Assembly: GCA_963765765.1 (NCBI GenBank)
Contig: CAVXYC010000014.1
Span: 192,001-256,000, forward strand
Length of the DNA: 64,000 nt
Source: an uncultured Chloroflexia bacterium
GTDB lineage: Bacteria > Chloroflexota > UBA6077 > JACCZL01
Direction: 5' to 3'
Shown here piece after piece: positions 48,277-58,858 of this stretch; position 1 is the first letter of the stretch, and every line of letters begins with the position of its first letter. Both the position numbers and the translations under genes were made by a program. Below the pieces are notes generated by a model. That model was not told where the DNA came from. It made no database searches and saw nothing but the letters and a program-made list of their open reading frames with translations.

Positions 48277-50538
48277 AGTCCGCGCCGTGCAGCCGGAAGA
48301 AGATCTCTTCCGCCGTAATGGGCAGATGGGTGAAGCGCTCGCCGGTCGCGTCATGGATGGCGTTAGCGATGGCGGGTGCGATTCCAACGATACCGAGCTC
48401 ACCTACGCCCTTCGCACCAAATGGCCCTGAGCCCATACCGTGTGTGATGTAGTCGGTACGCAGCGGCGGCGCATCGGCTATCGTGGGCACTTTGTAATCG
48501 TGCAATCCCACCGTGGTGACGCGGCCGTCCTCCAGCTTGATCTCTTCCATGGTGGCCATACCCACGCCCATCATCATGCCGCCCTGAAGCTGCCCTTCAG
48601 CGTTGATGGGATTGAGAATCGGCCCCACCTCGTCCACTGCCTGGATCTGGAGAATCGTGTACTGGCCGGTGCTGGTGTCCACCTCAACGTCCACGACGTA
48701 CGCCTGGAACGTCTCCTCGTGAGGACTGTGTCCCTTATAGACCTCGGTGAATTCCAGCGGTCCGCCCTCTGTGGTGGTCACGCGGGCCACGAGGTCTGAC
48801 CAGCTAATCTGGTTATCTGGTCGCCGCTGCTCGCGGAAGAACCCGCTCACCAGCTCAACCTCGTCGGACGGGCAGCCGAGGTACTCTGAAGCCATGTTGG
48901 CCAGAGACTCCCGGGTCTTCTGCGCCGTATTGAGGGTGGCCGTACCCACCACGTGAGTCACTCGGCTCGCACCCGAGCCGGCGTCCACTGGGGCATCTCC
49001 CGGTGCGCGACGGTCGATCGTCACATCGCTCAACGGCACCTGCAAGATCTCCGCGGCAATCTGCTGCATGATCGTGGTTGCGCCTGTACCCGTATCAGGC
49101 AACGCCGTCAGGATATTGACCTTGCCGTCCGGCGCTCACCTGAAAGGTGACTCCGGCCCTCACCTGAACCCGTGGAGTAGAAACCGAGAGACAGGCCGCG
49201 ACCCACCACTCGCCCCGGTGTCTGAGGCGCTGGAATTGGACCGCCCCAGCCGGTAAATTCTTTCGCTCGCTGGAGCGTCTCGATCTCTAGCACGTTGTGC
49301 CAGTGATCGCCATTGGGCGCGGTGTCACCGTCCTTGAGCGCGTTCATCAGGCGGAATTCCAACGGATCCATGTCGGTCTGCTCGGCCAGATAATCCATGT
49401 GCGATTCCACCGCGAACAGCGTCTGCGGCGAGCCCGGCGAGCGCATGTGCCCGCATGGAACCGTGTTGGTGTAGGCGATGATGCACTCGATCTTCGTGTG
49501 CGGGATGTTGTAGGCGCCGCCTCCCTTGACGAATCCGCCGATGCCGCCGGAGCCGGCGGGCTTCATCGAAGCATACGCGCCGCCATCCACAATCATGGTC
49601 GCCTCACGCGCCCAGATTCGGCCGTCGTTTTTGAGCCCAGTCTTGAGGTGAATCGTAGCGGGATGGCGCGGAGCTCCGGCGGTGAGCTCTTCCACGTACG
49701 TCATGACCATCGTGACCGGCCGGCCCGTGGCTTTGGAAAGCAGGTAACAGACCTCCTGGTCGCCGTGGTCACCCTTGCCGCCAAAATCACCACCCATATG
49801 CACTGGCAGCACCGTGACCTGCTCATCGGGCAGGTCTGCCGCCGCGGCAACCCAGCCGCGCGCCTGGTAGGGTCCTTTGCAGGCAACCCACATTTTGACG
49901 CTGCCATCATCTTGCACCGCCACCGTAACAGCGTGCGGCTCAAGATACACCTGGTGATTGCGTGACGTGGTGAAGGTCTGCTCAAAAATTAAATCTGATT
50001 CGGCAAATCCCTGCTCCACGTCGCCAATGCCCCACCTGTTGTACGACTGCAAATTGGGCATGGCCGGCATGTCCTTAGCCGCGCCCGCGTAGCTTGTGGG
50101 ATCATCATGCACTCGAGGCGAGTCATCTTTGAGCGCTTCGGCAGGGTCAATGACCGCCGGCAGCTCTTCGTACTCGATTTCGATCAGATCCATCGCCTCT
50201 TCGGCGATATTCGGATCGTCGGCCGCGATCAGCGCGACTCTGTCTCCGATGTAGCGCACCTTGTCGCGCGCAAGCGCAGGCTGATCCTTCACCCGACGCC
50301 CCACCATGAGTGGCGGGGTGTCATCCGCAGTGAGCACCGCCCGGACTCCTGGCAACGCGCGAGCCCTGGAGACGTCCAGTCTGACGATTCGACCGTGGGG
50401 GATGCTACTGCGGAAGACCTTACCCCAGAGGCGACCTGACGGCTGGACGTCAGCGGTGTACTGAGCGCCGCCAGTGACTTTGGAGGCACCTTCAATCCGT
50501 CCAACCCGCTGACCGATCACAGAGAGCGTCGCTGTCAT
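48275..50538 (-). CDS. Xanthine dehydrogenase family molybdopterin-binding subunit, apparent frameshift ~49140
   Basis: KVTG.AQY, YLEPH, GGDFGGK, RHPA, MRSPG, then DTGTG, GASR, EGQLQGG, GAKGVGE. Confidence 0.9.
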
Positions 50539-50725
50539 CTCTAGTAATTCCCCATTCCAGACTACGGGGCTAGTATAGCCCGCTCTATGCGCACCAAAGA
50601 GGCGGTAGCACGGGCCCTTGTGGCCAGCTTGAGGCGCACGGAGCCTCACATCCGCCATGTAAACCCATCATCCCACCCCTTTCCCAGAGGGTGTTGGAGC
50701 AACAGGCTCTGCATATAAATCGCCA

Positions 50726-50740
50726 AGGTACGCAACTTGC
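50726..50740 (+). promoter_or_regulatory. Possible sigma54 promoter
   Basis: AGGTACG-CAAC-TTGC (GG-N10-GC, two deviations from consensus) upstream of ATG 50827. Confidence 0.4.
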
Positions 50741-50826
50741 CATATGGGCAACGAAGAGGCCGCGCGCGTTGGGCAAAACTGAGTCCGGCGCTGAACTCGA
50801 CCCTCACCGGCCTTCGGGAGTCCACT

Positions 50827-51699
50827 ATGACCATGCAGGATCCGCGCTCCGGCGGGCCAGCGCCCACGCCACCCCCCACAACGAACGCCCCGGGCTCGAC
50901 TGCGTCCCCGCCGTCCGCGCCCGGCATGGGCGGCACACCGGGCAGCCCAAATCGACCTACCGACGAAGATCAGGGCACCATCGGGCAGATGAAAGATCGG
51001 GTCCAAGAGCAGGTAGCGCCGGCCACCGAGCAAGTTCAGGAGAAAACCGGTCAGGCGTTCAGCCAGGCACGTCAGCAAGTGACAAGCCGGCTCGATTCAC
51101 AGCTAGATCGCGCCGCCGAAGGCCTCATGCACACCGCACACGCGATTCGTCAGACCGGCCAACAGCTACGCCAGCAGAACCAGGCAGACACAGTGGCGAA
51201 CTATACCGACCAAGCAGCGGAAAAAGTTGAGCACTTCGCGTCATATCTCGAGGCGCATGACACGAACTATATCCTGCGCGAGACCGAACGCCTGGCCCGT
51301 CAGAAGCCAGCGGCATTTCTCGCCAGCGCATTCGCGCTCGGGCTGGCTGCCGCGCGCTTCTTCAGGAGCTCACCGTCACAGATGAACGGCGGCCAGTATG
51401 GGAGCAGCCAGTATGGCAATCGGATGGGCCCCGGTCAGATGACGCCTGGGGCGACGTTCCCAATGCAGCGCACCTGGCCTCCAACCTCCTCTTCGACAAC
51501 GCCTTCGACAACGTCACCGGCGACGACATCTCCGTCGCCGACGTCACCATCCACATCTCCTTCAACGACGTCGCCGTCGCAGGTCACGCCCCAGCCCGGG
51601 AGCGGGACGTCCAACAATCCGGGCGGTTCGTCAAGCTCGCAGACTGAAGAGCGCCAGCCTGGCACGCCTGTCACGCCACCGAGAAATAGGGGGTCCTGA
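50827..51699 (+). CDS. Hypothetical amphipathic-helical stress-type protein with a Ser/Thr/Pro tail
   Basis: ERLARQKPAAFLASAFALGLAAARFF resembles an ElaB/YqjD-type tail anchor; first gene of a 3-gene overlapping operon. Confidence 0.75.
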   Translation: MTMQDPRSGGPAPTPPPTTNAPGSTASPPSAPGMGGTPGSPNRPTDEDQGTIGQMKDRVQEQVAPATEQVQEKTGQAFSQARQQVTSRLDSQLDRAAEGLMHTAHAIRQTGQQLRQQNQADTVANYTDQAAEKVEHFASYLEAHDTNYILRETERLARQKPAAFLASAFALGLAAARFFRSSPSQMNGGQYGSSQYGNRMGPGQMTPGATFPMQRTWPPTSSSTTPSTTSPATTSPSPTSPSTSPSTTSPSQVTPQPGSGTSNNPGGSSSSQTEERQPGTPVTPPRNRGS

Positions 51700-52094
51700 T
51701 GGCATCGATCAAGGATGATCGTTCACTCGGCGAGCTCCTTGGGGATCTCGCTCGCGAATCCGGTGTGCTCGTACGGCAGGAGATCACGCTTGCCCGTGCC
51801 GAGCTTACCGAGAAGGTCCGTCTGGTCGGGAAAGACCTGGGCTATCTGGCAATGGGCGGCGCCGTCGCGTACGCCGGGTTCCTGGCCATTGTGGCGGCAA
51901 TCATCATTGGCTTGGCGACAGCAGGTATGCCCTGGTGGCTCTCCGCGCTTATCGTGGGAGTTGTCATCGCCGGGATTGGTTACATGCTTGTCCAGAAGGG
52001 GCTAACCGCTTTGCGGAACGAAGACCTCGGACCACGACAAACCGTTGAGTCACTTCAAGAAGACGCTCAATGGGCAAAGGAGCAAGTGCGATGA
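51699..52094 (+). CDS. Phage-holin-family (YqjE-like) membrane protein
   Basis: RSLGELLGDL....LVRQEI.LARAE, two TM helices, P.QTVESL.ED. Confidence 0.88.
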   Translation: MASIKDDRSLGELLGDLARESGVLVRQEITLARAELTEKVRLVGKDLGYLAMGGAVAYAGFLAIVAAIIIGLATAGMPWWLSALIVGVVIAGIGYMLVQKGLTALRNEDLGPRQTVESLQEDAQWAKEQVR

Positions 52095-53459
52095 GGTCAA
52101 ACGACCCACACGGCAGCAGCACAGAACGATCGGACGATGGCGGCTTCACGCCGCGCAGCACGGAAGGCTCTTCAACGTCACTCTCTAACCAGCATCACAT
52201 CTGAATCCGAATCGCCCGAAGCCATTCGGCTGGAGATCGCTGAGACGCGAGTCGAGATGAGCGAAACGGTCGATGCAATTCAGGAAAAGCTCGCTCCAGA
52301 CGCGCTGGTTGAGCAAGCCAAAGAAGCATTGAGCGAGGTCACCGAGCGCGCAGTGCAAGAAGCCAAGGAGCGTGCTCAGGAGGCAATCCGCGAAGTCACA
52401 GAGATGGCAAGGGAGGCCGTGCGCGAGGCGACGGTCGGAAAGGCTGAAGATATGATCGGCAATGCGACGGATACGGCGAAGGACACCGGGGAATCCCTGA
52501 TCGAGACCATTCGCGCGAATCCAATTCCGGCCGCGATCGCGGCGGTGAGTCTCGGGTGGCTGTTCACCAAACGCAAGCGCCGGGGCTACTACGATGCCAG
52601 CTACTTCAACAACAGGGATTACGGCTACAGTGAGACCCGTGGGAGGGAGTACGGCTACGGCGAGAGACGTGGCACGGACTACGGTGAGAGCCGCGGCGTA
52701 ACGGGAAAAGTGACGGACAAGGTCGGCGAAACAGCCAACCAGGCGGGCGAGGCTCTGGGCGACGTCGCAAGCAAGGCCGGCCACACGGTGAGCAGCGCCG
52801 GAGATAAGGTGGGCGATGTCGCCGGGAGCGCGGGCCGCACGTCGAAAGACATCGGCTCCACGGTCATGGAGACCATCACCGCCAACCCAGTGCCGGCCGC
52901 CATCACAGGCGTCGGCCTTACCTGGCTGTGGATGAACCGACCATCAGCCAACCAACCCACCTACGGCACCTATCGAGGCTATGGCGGCTCATCGTACCAA
53001 TCGAGCAGCGCGGGGTCGTCGGGCGGCATCGGCGACATGGCCGGCCAGGCTCAGGACAAAGTTGGTCAGGTCGCCGGTCAGGCTCAGGACAAAGTTGGTC
53101 AGGTTGCCGGTCAAGCTCAGGACAAAGTTGGTCAGATCGCCGGTCAGGCTCAGGACACCGTGGGAGATCTGACTGGTAGCGCGGGTCACCAGGTGTATCG
53201 CGCGCGGACGAGCGTTGAAGGCATGCTCCAGGAGAATCCTCTCATGGTTGGTGCGATAGCCGTCGCCGCGGGCGCCGCCGTTGGCATGGCTCTGCCGTCC
53301 ACTCCGCAGGAGGACCGACTACTCGGTGAGACTCGCCAGAACGTCATGGAGACTGCAAAGGAGACCGCGCAGGAAGTCAGCCAGAAGGTTCAGAAGGTAG
53401 CCGAGGAGACGCAGAGCGCTGCTCAGAAGGCTGCCAGCGAGCAGAATCTCACAACGTAG
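52091..53459 (+). CDS. DUF3618-domain protein with LEA-like repeats; possible frameshift ~52185
   Basis: IRLEIAETRVEMSETVDAIQEKL.P, two NP.PAA...GW units, NPLMVGA..P.T..ED..LG. ATG 52091 overlaps the upstream TGA but is out of frame with ORF 52137-53459. Confidence 0.8.
53040..53157 (+). repeat. 33-bp coding tandem repeat, about 3.6 copies (AGQAQDKVGQV)
   Basis: GCCGGTCAGGCTCAGGACAAAGTTGGTCAGGTC units. Confidence 0.92.
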
Positions 53460-53465
53460 CTAAGT

Positions 53466-53503
53466 GTAAGGGGGCGCTCCCGTACACGGGAGCGCCCCCT
53501 TAC
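53466..53503. terminator. Strong hairpin after the DUF3618 operon
   Basis: GTAAGGGGGCGCTCCCGT-AC-ACGGGAGCGCCCCCTTAC. Confidence 0.7.
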
Positions 53504-53542
53504 CAACCATTCAACCGAAATCTGTCCCGGTTCCGGGGACGC

Positions 53543-53574
53543 AAAAGGCCGCGCCAGATCTGGCGCGGCCTTTT
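53543..53574. terminator. Bidirectional intrinsic terminator
   Basis: AAAAGGCCGCGCCAGATCTGGCGCGGCCTTTT between convergent genes. Confidence 0.85.
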
Positions 53575-53591
53575 ACTGACGGAAGGAGATC

Positions 53592-54788
53592 TTACCGTCG
53601 CGTGCCGACGATATCCTTGAACACGTCGTTGATCACTTCACGATTCTGCTGGAAGCCGCGGAGCGCTTCGCCTTCACGTGGGATCACAATCATCTCGTTC
53701 TGCGCAGGATCTCGAACGGTGCCCATCGGGTCCTCGCCGCGAGCCACCTTCTCCATCTGATCCATCAGCACGCTGCGATAGAAGATCACGCCCTTATCAG
53801 ACGTGCCAAGTCGCTCGGCCTCACGCAGGGAAATGGGACCCTGAGTGACCCAGGCCATCATGTCCTGGCCATTGATCGTCTCGACCACGAGCTTCCCGTC
53901 GTCATGGAACACCGGGTTGTCGTAGATCGGCACGTTCTCCTGCCTGGGCGAACCCTCCGGCATCTTCTTGGTGCCGTACCAGTAATGCAGCGTGTGCGTA
54001 TCGTCCACGGGCACGCGAATCTGGAAGGTCGGCCGATTGCTACCGCCTACCGCCAGGATGTTCGGAATCAGGATGGGATGACCCACCGTCCAGTCATCGG
54101 ACTCTTCGGTATCGCCCTCGAGTAGCCGGCGCTTGTGAATCCCCCACTCGCCGAGGTCGAACGCGATCTTGAGGTGCTTGCGGTGCGTCATGACGGGCGG
54201 CTTGCCCATCTTGGTGAAGACATAGTTGCCGTAGTAGCAGTGCAGCCACTCGAAGTGGATTGGATCCATCGAGTTCTCCATGCACTGGAGCCAGTTGCAC
54301 GGAACGTGGCTGATGCCAATATTGCGCTCGAGATCGTCGCGCACCAGCACGTCCCAGCGCGGCAGCAGCGGCGCCGGTGATGGGCCAAGATACGCCCAGA
54401 TCAGGCCGCCCAGCTCCTGCGCCGGATACGCGGGTGTGCGAACACGATGCTTGAAGGTGCTATTCTCCGGCTCCGCCGGCTGTTCCAGACATTCGCCCTC
54501 TGCGGAGAACTTCCAGCCGTGATACGGGCAGCGCAGGCCGCCATCCTCAGGGATGCCGTAGACCATGCTCGCGCCGCGATGCGGACAACGTTCAGCCATG
54601 AGCCCGATGCTCCCATCGGGCTCCTTGTAAAGCGCCAGATTCTCCCCGAGCAGCTTGACAGCCAGAACGGGTTCCTTGTCAAGCTCGGCCTTTGTGGCAA
54701 TAGGATGCCAGTAGCGCCGCATTAGGTTGCCCATCGGCGTACCGGGCCCCACGCGAGTCAATCGTTCGTTAGCTTCGTGTGTGAGCAT
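53592..54788 (-). CDS. Rieske aromatic ring-hydroxylating oxygenase alpha subunit (phthalate 4,5-dioxygenase-like)
   Basis: LTRVGPGTPMG..MRRYW, CPHR...CPYHGW, ENSMDPIH...LH; ATG 54788. Confidence 0.92.
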   Translation of the reverse strand: MLTHEANERLTRVGPGTPMGNLMRRYWHPIATKAELDKEPVLAVKLLGENLALYKEPDGSIGLMAERCPHRGASMVYGIPEDGGLRCPYHGWKFSAEGECLEQPAEPENSTFKHRVRTPAYPAQELGGLIWAYLGPSPAPLLPRWDVLVRDDLERNIGISHVPCNWLQCMENSMDPIHFEWLHCYYGNYVFTKMGKPPVMTHRKHLKIAFDLGEWGIHKRRLLEGDTEESDDWTVGHPILIPNILAVGGSNRPTFQIRVPVDDTHTLHYWYGTKKMPEGSPRQENVPIYDNPVFHDDGKLVVETINGQDMMAWVTQGPISLREAERLGTSDKGVIFYRSVLMDQMEKVARGEDPMGTVRDPAQNEMIVIPREGEALRGFQQNREVINDVFKDIVGTRR

Positions 54789-54874
54789 GCACACTCCTCC
54801 GTCGGCGCAGGGCGTCGCAGTTATTCGGAGCATACCGAGTGGACCCAATTCTGTCAACGCAGCCACAGGAATGC

Positions 54875-55332
54875 TCAGCTTCGCGACGTGGCGCCATCGC
54901 CAAGCAAAGGCGGCCGGGACCCATTCTCACCGTCTAGCGGCGCGGGCAGGTTGATCAGAAACAGCTCCGAGGGCTCATTTGGATCGAAGTCGTTGTCATT
55001 GGCCACCGCCAGCGTCCGCTCATCCACAATAGCCAGCCCCTCGATCCGCTCATGGTGATTCCAGCCCGTGCGAGGTCCGCGTCGCTCACCTGCTCCAGGG
55101 TCCCGGACAATCCTCCGGCCGAGGACAGTTCCCTTACCAACGGTTCCCGGCTCACTGCAGTCAGCGGGCGCGCTCCCCAGCGTATCAATCGCACCTTCAG
55201 AGGAAGGCTCCCCGGAACGCTCGGAGGACCGATATCGGGCTGGTCCGCATCGGAAGCGAGTCCGGGGCCTGGGTAGGCAATCAAGGAGAAAACGACAGAA
55301 AGAGTCAGCCACCGCGTTGCGCTGTAACGCAT
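54875..55332 (-). pseudogene. Remnant of a secreted phytase-like esterase (internally deleted and frameshifted)
   Basis: Signal peptide MRYSATRWLTLSVVF... in one frame; C-terminal IEGLAIVDERTLAVANDNDF in another; far too short for the family. Confidence 0.45.
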
Positions 55333-55439
55333 CGTTGAAGCACTCCTACATGGTTTCCACAAGCCTGAACTCGCCCACAGGTGCATGACGCATGCATCGC
55401 CGCTCCGCTCTCGTGGAGCTCCGTGCCCCAGTTCGGCAA

Positions 55440-55455
55440 TGGCACCCTCCTTGCT
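55440..55455 (+). promoter_or_regulatory. Possible sigma54 promoter
   Basis: TGGCAC-CCTCC-TTGCT, 30 nt upstream of GTG 55486. Confidence 0.6.
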
Positions 55456-55485
55456 TCCAGCGAGGAATGCCACTCCGAGGCATAT

Positions 55486-56668
55486 GTGCAGGAAACGTAT
55501 CCATTGCGTAGGACCACAGCAATCGTGCATTGCCCCACTCCAGCGCGAAGCCGACCCAAATCGATCAGGGGTGCATTCGCCCGGGTGGTAGTCCAGCTCA
55601 CCCTGTTGACCGTGCTACTCACGGCTGCCAACCCGGTGCGCTCACAGTCGGCCGGATGCGAAGGCCAGCTCGATACGGCACCACACGTCTACCTGGGCGG
55701 CTGGGTTCCGGGCTGCGTTGGACGATCCGCGTCTCCCGTTGGCGCGGGATCCGTTGGGTGAGGTCAATGCGCTCATCGGCAAGCCGCTGGCGATCGTGAA
55801 CCGCTGGGAGCACTGGGGCCTGGAAAACGATGGCGGCGTGGATGAAGCCTGGATGCGCCGCGTGGCCGCCGCGGGGGCGATCCCGATGTACACCTGGGAC
55901 CCCTGGAACCCGGACGTCGAGGCGCCGGATGTCCAGCAAGGGTTCCTACCGCGCGACATCGCCGCCGGTCGCCACGATGCCTACATCGCTTCGGTAGCGG
56001 ATGAGCTGGCCTCTTTCGACGGCCCGATCTTTGTGCGCTTCGCCCAGGAGATGAACGGCACCTGGTACCCATGGGGCCGCCACCAGAACAGCCCTGAGGA
56101 CTTCATCGCCGCCTGGCGTCACGTCCACGACATGGTCACCAGTCGCGGCGCCGAGCACGTCACCTGGGTGTGGAATCCGAGCGAGAAGCATCATCCCGAG
56201 TCGACCGGCCTGTGGTACCCGGGCGATGACGTTGTGGATTGGGTTGCAGTGGACGGTTACAACTGGGACGATGGCGACTACTGGCGCGACCGATCCGGCA
56301 ACACCTGGCGCACGATGGATCAGGTCTTCAGTGCGTCGTTCGCCGACATCGCCGGATTTGCAGGCGCGGATAAGCCGCGCATGATCGCCGAGACGGCCTC
56401 CACCGAGCGGCCCGGCGACCCAGGCCTGAAGGCGGCCTGGATTTGCGATGCCTTCCTACGGGCACTGCCGGAAGGGCTCCCAGATGTCCGGGCCGTGATC
56501 TGGTTCCAGGAAGAGAAGTACGAGTCCGACCGTCCGTTCTACTGGCCGCTCGATACCAGTCCCGCCAGCGCCGAAGCGTTCGCCGCGGCGGTTGGTCCGC
56601 CATACTACGTCGGCGGATCCAGACAGCTCCCCGCGGCGCTTGGTCGAAACAGAATCACCCCGCCGTAA
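55486..56668 (+). CDS. Secreted glycoside hydrolase family 26, apparent frameshift ~55713
   Basis: RFAQEMNGTWYPW, WVWNP, YPGDDVVDWVAVDGYN, MIAET; the signal peptide lies in the upstream frame. Confidence 0.85.
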
Positions 56669-56901
56669 TCACCCACCAACGGTGCCTGGTCCGACTGCTC
56701 GCAGTGCGGAATTTGGGCTTTGTCGAATGACCCGGGTGGGGGAGCCAGCGTAGCGTAGCTGCGACGATGTAGCTGCACTCTCGAAACAATTCGACCCCTA
56801 GTCCGCCGTGCACCGGAAGGCATCGGGCAGGTATTGCAAGAGGACCGCGGACTAAGCTCCACACTACAAACGGGCTCAACCCCACGTACAATTCAGTCAG
56901 G

Positions 56902-57872
56902 ATGTCATCGAACCGTGCGGACGAAGGACAGAACGAGCCGGTTGGCTCCATTGATGGAATGCAGGTCCCGCGGTTCGCCGGCTTCAGCACGTTTGCGCGC
57001 CTGCCGCGCCTAGAGGATATCGGGCATTGCGATGTGGCCGTGGTGGGTGTGCCATTTGACGCTGGTACCACCTACCGACCGGGCGCGCGCTTTGGGCCCG
57101 GTGCTATCCGACAGGGCTCGCGACTGCTGCGACCGTATCACCCAGGGCTAGACGTCAGTCCGTTCGCCGTGCACCAGGTGGCGGACGCCGGCGATATCGT
57201 GGGCAACCCGTTCAATATTGAAGAGGCCATCGGCCAGATTCAGGCAGGCGCGACGCACCTCCTGGGGAGCGGGCAGTCACTTGTGGTCCTTGGCGGCGAT
57301 CACACCATTGCCCTTCCGATGTTACGTGCGATACACGCGAAGCACGGGCCCGTGGCCCTGGTGCATTTCGATGCTCACCTGGACACCTGGGATACCTACT
57401 GGGGCGCGGCCTATACCCACGGGACACCCTTTCGGCGGGCGACGGAGGAAGGTCTGCTGATCAAAGACAAGTGCGTACACGTGGGCATACGCGGGCCGCT
57501 GTACGGCCGGAGCGATCTGGAAGATGACGCGCGACTCGGCTTCCGAATTCTGGATGTCATGCAGGTCGCCGAAGAGGGTGTGAAGTCGAGCATCGAGCGC
57601 ATCAGCGCCGCGGTGGGCGATGTGCCCGTTTACATCTCTATCGACATCGATGTGCTGGATCCGGGCTTCGCCCCGGCCACGGGCACGCCGGAACCGGCGG
57701 GCTCTCCAGTCGCGAGCTGCTGGCGATGTTGCGCGGCTTCACCGCGCTCAACATCGTCTCGGCCGATATCGTGGAAGTCGCCCCAGCGTACGACCACGCC
57801 GAGATCACCAGCATCGCCGCGGCGCACGTAGCGTATGAGCTGCTGGCGTTGATGGCGAAGCGATCTCCTTAG
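56902..57872 (+). CDS. speB: Agmatinase / ureohydrolase, apparent frameshift ~57698
   Basis: GVPFD, GGDH, DAHLD, HGT, DIDVLDP..AP.TGTPE, then GLSSREL...VEVAPAYDH in a shifted frame ending at TAG 57872. Confidence 0.88.
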
Positions 57873-58043
57873 CTCTCGGCGTCCCTGTAATACCGGGATA
57901 TGCCGTGCACTCGGCCACACCGGTACGCCATGAACACCGGTCGCGGTGCCGCCCCAACGTTGCTGTCATGGTGAGATGCGCCATGTGCCTCGAGCGCACA
58001 TACAGCCACGAACACCGGCCTCGATGCTCAATTCCAATGGCCT

Positions 58044-58162
58044 TGTCATGCTGAGGGACGAAGCATCTCGCGGACATCGGAGCACGCGTGACCGAAGTGG
58101 TGCGGTGAATTCGCTATCGGCGTCGTCGATGTCCGGGAGATGCTTCGTTCCTCAGCATGACA
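58044..58162. repeat. Palindromic REP doublet 1 flanking the GIY-YIG gene
   Basis: TGTCATGCTGAGGGACGAAGCATCTCGCGGACATCG ... CGATGTCCGGGAGATGCTTCGTTCCTCAGCATGACA. Confidence 0.9.
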
Positions 58163-58270
58163 GGGACCTTGGTGGGCGACACCGCGATCACCCTTCACGT
58201 TGTGCCGTGCGGCCGGAGCACGGCGACGGCCCGGCCTTGCCTCAGAGTCAAATGTGGCACCATCTCCGTC

Positions 58271-58486
58271 GATGCTTACCGTTCGTACTTCGTTTACATC
58301 ATGGCCAACCGTTCCAGAACGCTGTACGTTGGCGTGACAAACGATCTCGAGAAGCGAGTCGCGGAACACAAGGCGCGAGCAACCCCGGGCTTCACTGCTC
58401 GCTACAACGTCACACGGTTGGTTTACTACGAAGACACAAACGATGTCTGGTCCGCGCTCGAGCGGGAGAAGGAGCTCAAGGGCTGA
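58271..58486 (+). pseudogene. Truncated GIY-YIG nuclease
   Basis: YFVYIMANRSRTLYVGVTNDLEKRV.EH...FTARYNVTRLVYYE...ALEREKELKG, then TGA where Trp is expected; no clear start codon. Confidence 0.8.
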
Positions 58487-58532
58487 CTCACGCGGTTTCC
58501 GCAGCGGGGTCGCCTATCTCTTTCTCTGGCGT

Positions 58533-58658
58533 CCTGTCATGCTGAGAGGCGAAGCATCTCCCGGACATTGGCCACCACGGGGTGCGGGACTCGATCAGCC
58601 ATCTTCCCCGTCGCGCTCTCCGATGTCCGGGAGATGCTTCGTTCCTCAGCATGACAGG
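58533..58658. repeat. Palindromic REP doublet 2 flanking the GIY-YIG gene
   Basis: CCTGTCATGCTGAGAGGCGAAGCATCTCCCGGACATTGG ... CCGATGTCCGGGAGATGCTTCGTTCCTCAGCATGACAGG. Confidence 0.9.
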
Positions 58659-58858
58659 TGGCACGGCGCATAGGTCCAAGCCAGCGGCGCACGTCCATGA
58701 GACGAACGAAGGACGTCCGGGACACCGAGGCCGCCGATAGTCCTGGTCCGGGCAAGAGGCTAGAGACGAAGCTCAATTGGCCGCGCACAGTTCTCGCACA
58801 CCGTTAACCTGCGAGCAGTTGTTTGACCCCAGCCACCAGTCCTGGCAGGATTCGCCGC

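Noticed and set aside
51699-52094. Holin-family gene as evidence of a prophage
   Set aside because: No phage genes nearby; this family is commonly chromosomal in YqjDE/DUF3618-type operons.
53040-53157. 33-bp repeats (and the 58044-58658 repeats) as a CRISPR array
   Set aside because: The 33-mers are contiguous in-frame coding repeats without spacers; the other repeats are inverted pairs; there are no cas genes.
56755-56795. ACGA-loop hairpin upstream of the agmatinase as a guanidine-II riboswitch
   Set aside because: Only one ACGR loop (the second hairpin loop is ACAA), it is far from the RBS, and a TACAAT -10 box lies downstream of it.
58484-58486. TGA in the GIY-YIG gene as Sec or Trp readthrough
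   Set aside because: The position corresponds to Trp rather than Cys, downstream sequence does not continue the family pattern, and TGA is a normal stop throughout the window.
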